Positions 38,566 through 46,765 of a stretch of DNA of 64,000 nt are shown here, piece by piece. The notes below the pieces were generated by a model. The model made no database searches, was not told the origin of the DNA, and saw only the letters and a list, made by a program, of their open reading frames with translations. The translations under genes were made by a program, and so were the position numbers. Position 1 is the stretch's first letter. Each line of letters opens with the position of its first letter. The stretch lies in sequence record PQ471516.1; one strand, written 5' to 3'.

Positions 38566-38966
38566 TTATGGATATTAACGATATCTATAGTACTATACGT
38601 TCTATGGGTGATAGTCGAAAAGTATATGGTGATAGTAATCGCCAAAAGATATATGGCATTAACTCATACGATGTAATATCGTTTGAGTATGATGAAGGTG
38701 GACATAGTTCAATAAACATTGTTTGCCCACGTGACTCTGAAAATAACTTCATGTACGTTGAAATTAACAACGAAGGAATCAATTTCATTAAGATTCACAA
38801 AGGTGGAAAGACACATGAAGTACTGGATTTATCAGAAGAAGATCGTTTCTTTCAGGAAGATACAGTGATTGATTTAGGCTTTAGTCTAAGTGATTATCAC
38901 ATTCTCCAAGAAGATTTCCTAAAATATTACAATGGCTTCCTAAAGGAGTTAACAATACACTTATGA
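38559..38966 (+). CDS. hypothetical protein (FFQ-motif family)
   Basis: C-terminal EEDRFFQEDTVIDL. Confidence 0.6.
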   Translation: MLIMDINDIYSTIRSMGDSRKVYGDSNRQKIYGINSYDVISFEYDEGGHSSINIVCPRDSENNFMYVEINNEGINFIKIHKGGKTHEVLDLSEEDRFFQEDTVIDLGFSLSDYHILQEDFLKYYNGFLKELTIHL

Positions 38967-39400
38967 ACCTAAATGTATCTAAAGAGTTTTTTGATGATGT
39001 CAAAGAATCTTTCTTACAATTAAACGAGAATAGTCGTTTAGATCCTGAAATCAAAGAGGTTGTTCTTCGTTGGCAGAAGAGTCCTTTATTAGATAAAATT
39101 GTTCCTAGATGGAGTTGTCAGGGTCACAGTGATACACATAGTGATTCTGATTATTACATTATTTTCTGTACACAGGACGATGGTGCTGATATTCTATATG
39201 ATATTTTTGATGAGTTTTGTAAGAGTGCCCGTTGGAACTACCGTGTTATTAAGTTGATTCACCAGAATCACTTAGTTGCGGAACCGCACATTGAAATTGG
39301 TCGATACACGGAAGGTCACCAGGAGACTATGAACCACATGAAAGCTTTATGGCTCGCCAAATTACAGGAGATTGAGGATAATCATGAGCAATACAAATAA
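38963..39400 (+). CDS. hypothetical protein
   Basis: WSCQGH motif; SD AAGGAG. Confidence 0.6.
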   Translation: MNLNVSKEFFDDVKESFLQLNENSRLDPEIKEVVLRWQKSPLLDKIVPRWSCQGHSDTHSDSDYYIIFCTQDDGADILYDIFDEFCKSARWNYRVIKLIHQNHLVAEPHIEIGRYTEGHQETMNHMKALWLAKLQEIEDNHEQYK

Positions 39401-40625
39401 ATTTCTTGAACAAACAATTGTCAAGCACTTAGCTGGCTCACAGGCATACGGAACCAGTACACCACAAAGTGATACCGATTATCGTGGTATCTTTTTGGCA
39501 AACAAAGAGTTCATCATGACTCCTTTTTATCGAGTCAAGGAAGTATCTGATGTAAATGAAGAAGATACGAAATTCTATGAACTAAATCAGTACTTACAAC
39601 TGTATACTGAAGCTAACCCGAACATTCTTGAATCACTATGGGTTGACCCTGAACACATCGTAGAAAGTACTGAGATTTATGATTATCTCCGTAGCTTCAA
39701 CCGTGATCTTCTTAGTTCTAAGATTGCATTCTCTTACACTGGTTATGCATACAATCAGGTAAAACGCATGTCAAATCACCACGGTTGGATTGGTAAAGAA
39801 CAAGTAGCAGAACGCCGCTTACGTGAAATCTTCACCGAGCACCCAACTAATGAAGTTGTTGATTGGATGTACGCGTATTTCCCTGATTATGTGGTAGAGC
39901 GTGTTGTAGAAGAAGATAAGGTACTAGACCGTAAAGATATAGTTGATTTCGACAAATACATGCGTGATACTTCCTTACAACTTATCAGTACTGTTCCTTT
40001 AGCACAACATCATTTTGTTCGTTTAGTTCATAACTATCTACCACAAAAAGTACTAGATCGTGACTTTAGTCTAGCTAACTTCAATCATGGGTACGAGTTA
40101 ATTCACTACGGTGATAATATCTTTGCAGTTATTCCTAACGTTAATACTAAAACTATTAGTGTAAACAATGATCTAGTATGGGATAGTTCCAAAGAACGCA
40201 CACCAGAAGAACTAAAGATTACTCCTGCACTTATTGTTAAATTCAATCGTAAAGAGTACGAAGAAAACAATGAAGGTCGCAAGAACTATCACAAGTGGAA
40301 AGAGAACCGTAATGCGAAGCGTGCAATTTTAGAATCAAAACACGGATATGACAGTAAACATGCTATGCATACGATTCGCCTGTTGAATACAGCAGAAGAA
40401 GCATTACTTACTGGTGAAGTTCTTGTAAAACGCCCTGATGCTGATATGCTTATGGATATTCGCAACGGTAAGTGGACTTATGAAGAAGTCATGGAGTACT
40501 TCAACGATAAGGTTGACTATATTCGTAATGTGGTTTACAAGAAGTCTGTACTGCCGAAGAAGCCAAATATTGAATTAGCATCTAAAGTACTAATCGATAT
40601 TCGAGAAATGCAGTGGTATAAGTAA
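39384..40625 (+). CDS. pol-beta superfamily nucleotidyltransferase (T4 NrdC.11/RlaP-like)
   Basis: GSQAYGTSTPQSDTDYRGIF; ANPNILE.LW; C-terminal GYD.KHAMH.IRLL. Confidence 0.8.
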   Translation: MSNTNKFLEQTIVKHLAGSQAYGTSTPQSDTDYRGIFLANKEFIMTPFYRVKEVSDVNEEDTKFYELNQYLQLYTEANPNILESLWVDPEHIVESTEIYDYLRSFNRDLLSSKIAFSYTGYAYNQVKRMSNHHGWIGKEQVAERRLREIFTEHPTNEVVDWMYAYFPDYVVERVVEEDKVLDRKDIVDFDKYMRDTSLQLISTVPLAQHHFVRLVHNYLPQKVLDRDFSLANFNHGYELIHYGDNIFAVIPNVNTKTISVNNDLVWDSSKERTPEELKITPALIVKFNRKEYEENNEGRKNYHKWKENRNAKRAILESKHGYDSKHAMHTIRLLNTAEEALLTGEVLVKRPDADMLMDIRNGKWTYEEVMEYFNDKVDYIRNVVYKKSVLPKKPNIELASKVLIDIREMQWYK

Positions 40626-40670
40626 TAGTTTTATTGGTCACAATGCACCTAAAAATGGCACTGTGACCAA

Positions 40671-40676
40671 TAAATA
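40671..40676 (+). promoter_or_regulatory. putative T4-like late promoter (TAAATA)
   Basis: AATAAATA about 40 nt upstream of ATG 40715. Confidence 0.45.
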
Positions 40677-40714
40677 TCCAATATAAACGTAATTAAACTT
40701 AAGGATATCCCTTT

Positions 40715-41342
40715 ATGTCAAGAAAATTATATGCAGATTTACAAACATCTGGTGTTATTAAATTCAGTAAATCCGTATCTGGTAATACTGATGTTAATAT
40801 CAAGACAGATTCCTTCAATATTACCGAAACTCGGATCAATTGAAGGTAACGATAGTCACTTAAGTGATTCAGTCATTACATCTTTGGGTACTGAAAATAA
40901 TAAATCATTAATCATTTCCGCATGGACTGGATTAAATGAACATGAAAACAACGTAAACATTAAAGTGAAAACTACCAACCAAACTCATGAATCTGAATGG
41001 GTTACTTTATACAATTCTTTGGGTGAAAAACTATATCAAGTTCCAAGTAATAGTAACATACTTATTGATGCATTAAAAGGTAGTAAAGTATTCAATCTTA
41101 ATTTATCAGACCGTACTACTAAACTAGAAATTAGTACTGCTCCGGCTGAAATCTATGCCATTACCATAATTCTTGAACAAGGTACTGGTTCAAATTTAGT
41201 TAACTGGAGTCCTAATGTTAAATGGTCTTATAGCCGTCCAGTAGTTCTTTCTTATGAACAAGGCGAAAAAGATATTATTGCATTAGAAACTTATGACAGT
41301 GGAGTTACATGGTACGGTGCATTAATCAGAGCAGGAGTATAA
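40715..41342 (+). CDS. tail-associated structural protein interrupted by an apparent +1 frameshift near 40826-40834
   Basis: SD AAGGA + ATG 40715 gives MSRKLYADLQTSG (like MSKKIYGGLDVTH of 30898 ORF) but stops at 40843; the +1 frame continues to NWSPNVKWSYSRP.L.....D.....T.D.G.TWYG, a motif seen in tail-fibre modules. Confidence 0.6.
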
Positions 41343-41343
41343 T

Positions 41344-44133
41344 ATGTTAAACAACAACATTGATAATATTATACAACTCATATATGGACACCATAAATTT
41401 CTTGAAAGAAACACTGGTGATACTATTGACCCTACGGTACAGCACTATGCTATCAACGATCAGGGTGTATTAGCAAACAACCGTCACTTCATTAACCACT
41501 CCGCGATGGAAGGTCAACCAAATGGTGATGGAACAACAGAAGGTCAAAGTGTTCTTATTCTTGGTTACATTTATGCTTATCTTGCAACAAACGATGATTT
41601 GTTTCTAGAAAAAGCAAAATGGTACTGGGATGCATATCATCAGTACTTCTACAATGGTAGAGAATTTCCTGATCCTCCTACGCCATTACAATGCAACTGG
41701 ATTGTGAACGCCAAAGAACCAATTCTTGCGAACTGGCCTTTAGCTGACGATGGCTGGCCTACTCATGGTGGCTTTAAAGGTATTGAGTTCCCTTTCGTTA
41801 ATGGTCTGTGTAAAGTTCCTCACGATGCACCATATTACGGTCAATTTCTTGATAAGGTAACATTTGCATTTAAAGGTGCATTAGCATGGAACCAAATCAA
41901 CGCATCAGTGAAAGCATTACTACCAGATGGTAGTACTGATTGGGATAACCCAGGTGAGCAGTATGATGTGGACTGGGTAATTGATTACTTAGGTCGTAAG
42001 ATTGACTGGGACGGTAACATTCTAGCTGAAGGTTTTGATGAATCAGAGAAAGGCACTGTACAGCTAAAAGATACAACTATTAATGGAACATATAAACTGA
42101 ACTTTGCAAACAGACAACCTGTTGAATACGGTGGTGTTTATATTGAACGTAACCAAATGCAACATAACCGCCCATTGCACGTTCCAATTAGTTTAGAATT
42201 TGCTGATAACGCGAGTGATGCTGAATTATGGTTCAGTGATGCTTCTTACTTGTTATATAAAATAACAAAAGAAAGAAAACATTATCTTGGTTGGAAATGT
42301 TCACTACTTACTTGTTATGCATACGGTGATATTGATGCAAGAGATAAATTCTTCCGTCAAAGTACTTTAGTTACTACTCCTTATACTGATGGTATTTCTT
42401 ATGAGTATTTCTATCCTAGTACTGCAATCGCTGAATTTGGTAGAAACTCACTTGGTTATATAACTATTAAGCAATTGGAAAGTGCACAAAGTACACTTGA
42501 GCAACAGGCTATCTGGTTCAGATTGAATACTTCTTCCAGCTTAGTTGTAGATTACGGTGGTGTTTGTGTTGATGGAAAACCATTATCATTTAAACCAGTA
42601 CTGGAATTATCAAAAACTAAAAATGACCACGATGTTGTACGTTACCGTTGTGGCTTACCAGAAAGTACTAATAGAGATATTAAGCATTCTGTTACTCCGC
42701 TAAGTGCATTTGTTCGTGAGAAAAAAGATGATGGTTCATCTTACATTATTGCTGATAGCAGAATCGTAGTTCCTTACGGTGATGGTACTTCTGAAATGCA
42801 ATACAGTACTGATATTCTTGTTACTCGTCGTGACACTATTAACCAATTAGTTTGTGGTGAAGATGATGGTGCAGTTATTGGTTTCTGGTTACTTGATTCC
42901 GGTAAATCTGAAGTGAAAGCTTTTACTTATCGTTCATATGAAGATGATTTTAACATCCGTATCGTTGATGATAATGGATGGCGTTGGTGGTGGATGATTC
43001 CTGCAACCCACGGTGAATGGAGTACAATAGAATTAACTGCTGATACTTTACATTTATCTGGATGGCAACCAAATCACCCTGATGATCCAGATCCTGCTGC
43101 TCCGGTATATACTGAATTAGAAGATATTACCATTCTTCCTGACACCACTCCTGTAAATGGAGTTGCAGTACTGGATTGGTATTGTTTAAACGAGCTACCA
43201 GAACTGTACAACAACGAAGATGGTGATGATTACACAATGGCATTCGCCATTACAATTGCTGGTGAGAGTGCTTATACGGCTCTTTTAGGGGATTGCGTAA
43301 TCAAAGATTATTTGCTAAACTCATTACATTATACACCAGGAACTATCCCGTTCTCTAACATTACCGACCCATATGCGAGTCAGTACTCTGGATGGCGTGG
43401 ATTACCATATCCTGGATACCAATCACCAGTGATTTATTGTTTTGAAGATGTAGCAGTTGATTATACACGTCTTGGAAATATGGTTGATTTCATGAAAGAT
43501 TCCCAAGAATGGTTTACTGCACAATTCGGTACTGTTGGTCCTTGTGCTCAAGCATATGTATGGAACCGTTGGGATAACCTGAAATATGGTGAACCAGATA
43601 CGTTTACTATGTTACACTGGGGTGATCAAGCGTGGAGTGGTTATGAGCCTCGTGCATTCTTTGGTGCATGTAGAGCATGGCAAGAACTCCATGACCGTGG
43701 TGCAGAAGTTCCTCAAACAATTATTGATTTCTGTGAGAACTGGATTCATTTCTTGATTAAGTTTCAGAAAGACAATGATGGTCGTTCTCCGACTATATTC
43801 AACAAAGATGGTACAGTTGAAGGTCCAGATTGGGACTTCACCGGACATATGTGTGGATTGTGGTTGGCTGGTGCATGTTGTGCTGGGCTGGCTGGATGTA
43901 CCATTGAGGGATTAGATGAACTCGCTGATGGTTTAGTACTGGAACTCCAGAACAACTATGTGGTAGTTTCTCCTGGCTCTGTTATGAACGGTTCATGGAG
44001 TCCGGGTGTTCGTGAAGGTACTGATAATGGTATGTTCTTCGGATTCTGGGCTGGTGAGATTATGCGTGGTTTAGGATTGTACTCACTTTACCGTCTTAAC
44101 ACACCTAACCGTTATGCTGCATTTCCTGGTTGA
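41344..44133 (+). CDS. large virion-associated protein with glycoside-hydrolase-like (alpha/alpha)6 signature
   Basis: TTEGQS.L..GY (cf. GH8 T.SEGQ.Y), DA.DA..W, Trp/Asp-rich; follows structural adaptor gene. Confidence 0.5.
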   Translation: MLNNNIDNIIQLIYGHHKFLERNTGDTIDPTVQHYAINDQGVLANNRHFINHSAMEGQPNGDGTTEGQSVLILGYIYAYLATNDDLFLEKAKWYWDAYHQYFYNGREFPDPPTPLQCNWIVNAKEPILANWPLADDGWPTHGGFKGIEFPFVNGLCKVPHDAPYYGQFLDKVTFAFKGALAWNQINASVKALLPDGSTDWDNPGEQYDVDWVIDYLGRKIDWDGNILAEGFDESEKGTVQLKDTTINGTYKLNFANRQPVEYGGVYIERNQMQHNRPLHVPISLEFADNASDAELWFSDASYLLYKITKERKHYLGWKCSLLTCYAYGDIDARDKFFRQSTLVTTPYTDGISYEYFYPSTAIAEFGRNSLGYITIKQLESAQSTLEQQAIWFRLNTSSSLVVDYGGVCVDGKPLSFKPVLELSKTKNDHDVVRYRCGLPESTNRDIKHSVTPLSAFVREKKDDGSSYIIADSRIVVPYGDGTSEMQYSTDILVTRRDTINQLVCGEDDGAVIGFWLLDSGKSEVKAFTYRSYEDDFNIRIVDDNGWRWWWMIPATHGEWSTIELTADTLHLSGWQPNHPDDPDPAAPVYTELEDITILPDTTPVNGVAVLDWYCLNELPELYNNEDGDDYTMAFAITIAGESAYTALLGDCVIKDYLLNSLHYTPGTIPFSNITDPYASQYSGWRGLPYPGYQSPVIYCFEDVAVDYTRLGNMVDFMKDSQEWFTAQFGTVGPCAQAYVWNRWDNLKYGEPDTFTMLHWGDQAWSGYEPRAFFGACRAWQELHDRGAEVPQTIIDFCENWIHFLIKFQKDNDGRSPTIFNKDGTVEGPDWDFTGHMCGLWLAGACCAGLAGCTIEGLDELADGLVLELQNNYVVVSPGSVMNGSWSPGVREGTDNGMFFGFWAGEIMRGLGLYSLYRLNTPNRYAAFPG

Positions 44134-44157
44134 CAACAAAATTTAAACTGATATAAT
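44130..44157 (+). promoter_or_regulatory. sigma70-type promoter
   Basis: TTGACA-N16-TATAAT with extended TG. Confidence 0.75.
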
Positions 44158-44187
44158 GAGAACTTCAATATGAGGTTCTCATTTTTT
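44158..44187 (+). terminator. Rho-independent terminator overlapping the promoter start site
   Basis: TGAGAAC / GTTCTCA stem plus T7. Confidence 0.7.
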
Positions 44188-44200
44188 TAAGGTGAATATA

Positions 44201-44596
44201 ATGCTAAATCAAAATATCATGAAAGCTCTGAAAATCATCCAACACGAAGTTAGTCTGGTACAGAAAAGTACTGATCGTTATTGCCTGATGGAAGATATCC
44301 AAGAGCAAATTGAACTTATTCGTAAAAATAAGGCTGTTGTTTCTCAATCTGAATCGTTAGAGGCAATTGCTGATATCATTTCATCCAAAACTGGAACAGC
44401 ACGTGAAAATATTCTCGGTGCACGCGACCTCGAACAAAGCGAGATTGAACATTTATATAAGTTCGATAACTGCGATTGGATTGAGATGATTATGGAACTA
44501 GAAGATAAGTTCGATTTAGAGATCCCTACACACTTTGAAAGCAGAGACACTACACTTGGTTCTTTAGTCAATTTTATTGATCTAAAATATAATTAA
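44201..44596 (+). CDS. acyl-carrier-protein-like protein, canonical Ser replaced by Asn
   Basis: FDNCDWIEMIMELEDKFDLEIP...TTLGSLVNFI aligns with ACP [22 protein letters not shown]...TTVQAAIDYI. Confidence 0.7.
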   Translation: MLNQNIMKALKIIQHEVSLVQKSTDRYCLMEDIQEQIELIRKNKAVVSQSESLEAIADIISSKTGTARENILGARDLEQSEIEHLYKFDNCDWIEMIMELEDKFDLEIPTHFESRDTTLGSLVNFIDLKYN

Positions 44597-44639
44597 TAAT
44601 GTACTCTAAATAATATCATCAACTATAGGAGATATTATT

Positions 44640-45014
44640 ATGAGTATGCTAGAACTATTGCTTAAACATGTAATTATACCATATTGGAAACCATTATTAG
44701 TTGTTTTAGTAATGTCTGGATGTGTGTATGGTGGTTGGGAAGCAAACAATTACTACACCGGATACAAAGAAAGCATTGATTTGAAAATTGAAAAACAAGT
44801 CAATGCTGCTTTGGATCAGATGCAACAAGAATCGGCTAAAAGTTATATTGAAACTAAGCAAATCATGCAAGATAATGCTAAGGTCATTGAAACTAAAATA
44901 CCTTACATCGTTGAACGTGAAGTTTACTACAATGTATGTTTAGACCAAGATGGTGTGAATGTTCTTAAAGAACTAAAAGAAAATTCACGTAAAGCGAGGA
45001 ATCAGTACAAATGA
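44640..45014 (+). CDS. putative inner-membrane spanin (Rz-like)
   Basis: N-terminal TM, coiled-coil, C-terminal Cys; adjacent to lipoprotein; TAAATA at 44607. Confidence 0.7.
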   Translation: MSMLELLLKHVIIPYWKPLLVVLVMSGCVYGGWEANNYYTGYKESIDLKIEKQVNAALDQMQQESAKSYIETKQIMQDNAKVIETKIPYIVEREVYYNVCLDQDGVNVLKELKENSRKARNQYK

Positions 45015-45316
45015 AATATATTCTGATTTTATCATGTGCACTATTATTTGCTGGATGTGCTCAAAAAGTACAATTACCTGCTGACCGAGTAGTAAAGCAA
45101 GAGATTCTACTTGAGCGTTGTTCGTTTGATACCCCACTCCCTGAACAAATTGTTGTTGACAAACACGGCAATTCAGGATACTCTGGTAAAGAAGTTTTGG
45201 ATGTACTACGTAAATGGGATTCAATCTACAATGATTGTGCTCTAAAGCACGATGCATTAATTGACTTGATTCGTAAACTACAAGGTGAAAACATCACGGT
45301 CATTATTAAAGAGTAA
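45011..45316 (+). CDS. putative outer-membrane spanin lipoprotein (Rz1-like)
   Basis: Lipobox LFAGC; two further Cys; overlaps Rz-like stop. Confidence 0.7.
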   Translation: MKYILILSCALLFAGCAQKVQLPADRVVKQEILLERCSFDTPLPEQIVVDKHGNSGYSGKEVLDVLRKWDSIYNDCALKHDALIDLIRKLQGENITVIIKE

Positions 45317-45326
45317 GGACATTTGA

Positions 45327-45920
45327 ATGAAGAAATATCAGGTTTACTATAAAACTAATTTAGATTTAATTCATAAACTATCTACTACTGGAGAAGGTAC
45401 TAAGCGTTATACTTTCAATAAGGTAACATTCAGATACTTCCCACAAAAAGTACTGACATTTGTTAAAAATTGCAAATGCATTGCTTGTGGTATCGAAGGA
45501 ACAGAAGTTCGTATTGAACGTTCTCACTGTAACGATCCAATTTATGGTAAACCTCATCTCAATGTCTATGCAGTGTGTGGATTGTATGAAGTACTCATGA
45601 CCGTAGATCATAACCAACTGGCTTCTAAAGGCGGTGATGATTTAGAAAGTAATTTTAATACCATGTGCATTCACTGTAATCAAATGCGTTCAAATAAAAC
45701 TGAAACAGTCCAAGAATTTCTTGAAAATGTTAAAGGTCGAAATCTATTAGATGAACACATGAAACTTTTTTTCGATAAACAGGAAAAGAAAAAGAACCCC
45801 AGTACACGAAAGCCAGAAACAATCGCTTATGAAAAATGGTGGAATGAAGATCATTTATGGCATTACCGTGATTATCTTCGTAAATTGAAAAAAGAAGAAA
45901 AAGCTTTACTAAAACAATAG
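45327..45920 (+). CDS. HNH endonuclease-like protein
   Basis: CIACG; VDH......GG.D...N....C..CN..RSN. Confidence 0.7.
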   Translation: MKKYQVYYKTNLDLIHKLSTTGEGTKRYTFNKVTFRYFPQKVLTFVKNCKCIACGIEGTEVRIERSHCNDPIYGKPHLNVYAVCGLYEVLMTVDHNQLASKGGDDLESNFNTMCIHCNQMRSNKTETVQEFLENVKGRNLLDEHMKLFFDKQEKKKNPSTRKPETIAYEKWWNEDHLWHYRDYLRKLKKEEKALLKQ

Positions 45921-45934
45921 TAGTATGTATAATG

Positions 45935-45960
45935 GGACTTGAGAAATCAAGTCCTTTTTT
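45935..45960 (+). terminator. Rho-independent terminator
   Basis: GGACTTGA-GAAA-TCAAGTCC TTTTTT. Confidence 0.85.
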
Positions 45961-45974
45961 TATAGGTAAAATAT

Positions 45975-46331
45975 ATGAAAACAAAAATCTTTCTACCACA
46001 AACCATGATGGAACTGTGTGAACATGATGCAGGAGATGTTGTCACTATTAGTGGTTCCTGGATTGAGAGTACTGAAGACTTTATGCCAGATGAGGTATAT
46101 TCTGTTGTTTTAAATGAACAGTACAATACAAGCCGTTGGAATGCACAGTACAATCTAGTTTTTCTTGACAAGAACAATGAAAAGTACTATCATTGTACGT
46201 ATGAACGAGGTCTGACAGAACGTAACTACACAACTCCTTTCTGTGATGAAATGGATGGTGTAAAGTGCTATGAAGTTTCTGTTCGTCAGGTTCCAGTTGT
46301 TACTTACAAAACCGAGTGGGATTATCTGTAA
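45975..46331 (+). CDS. hypothetical protein
   Basis: ORF after promoter TTTACT-N17-TATAAT (45905-45933). Confidence 0.65.
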   Translation: MKTKIFLPQTMMELCEHDAGDVVTISGSWIESTEDFMPDEVYSVVLNEQYNTSRWNAQYNLVFLDKNNEKYYHCTYERGLTERNYTTPFCDEMDGVKCYEVSVRQVPVVTYKTEWDYL

Positions 46332-46729
46332 TGCTTAAAGATTTAGATTTTTCAAATTTAGAGATCATCAGTGCAGTGAAGAATATTACTGATATGGATG
46401 ATGAAAAAGGTGTAATGGTAACTATCACTTTCGTAAAGGAAGAGGATAGCTATAAGCATCTTACTGGAATTGAAGAACTAATCCACAAGACCAATCTCGA
46501 AAACGATGGTAAGCTTATCAAGCTTCAGGCATCCTATTCCCAAAAAACGTCATTTTTTGTAGACCTAAATAATGTAGTCAAGGTGGTATACAATCATCCT
46601 GACAACAAATACAGAAGCACAACACGAAACGAAGAAGCAGCCATCGACACTAATATCAAAGATGATGTCGAATTTGTTAATACAGTTTTTGAGCGTTGTG
46701 CACCTGAATTGAAAAAAGTATACTTATAG
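46331..46729 (+). CDS. hypothetical protein
   Basis: ATG at 46331 overlapping previous stop. Confidence 0.6.
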   Translation: MLKDLDFSNLEIISAVKNITDMDDEKGVMVTITFVKEEDSYKHLTGIEELIHKTNLENDGKLIKLQASYSQKTSFFVDLNNVVKVVYNHPDNKYRSTTRNEEAAIDTNIKDDVEFVNTVFERCAPELKKVYL

Positions 46730-46730
46730 T

Positions 46731-46760
46731 TTGGGAAATACTCCAGAAAAGTGCTATAAT
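46731..46760 (+). promoter_or_regulatory. extended -10 promoter driving the non-coding unit
   Basis: TTGGGA-N18-TATAAT with TG-C-TATAAT extended -10. Confidence 0.6.
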
Positions 46761-46765
46761 GTATA

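Noticed and set aside
45327-45920. HNH gene as a mobile element or intron-encoded endonuclease
   Set aside because: Free-standing in an operon with no flanking split gene; mobility cannot be shown from sequence
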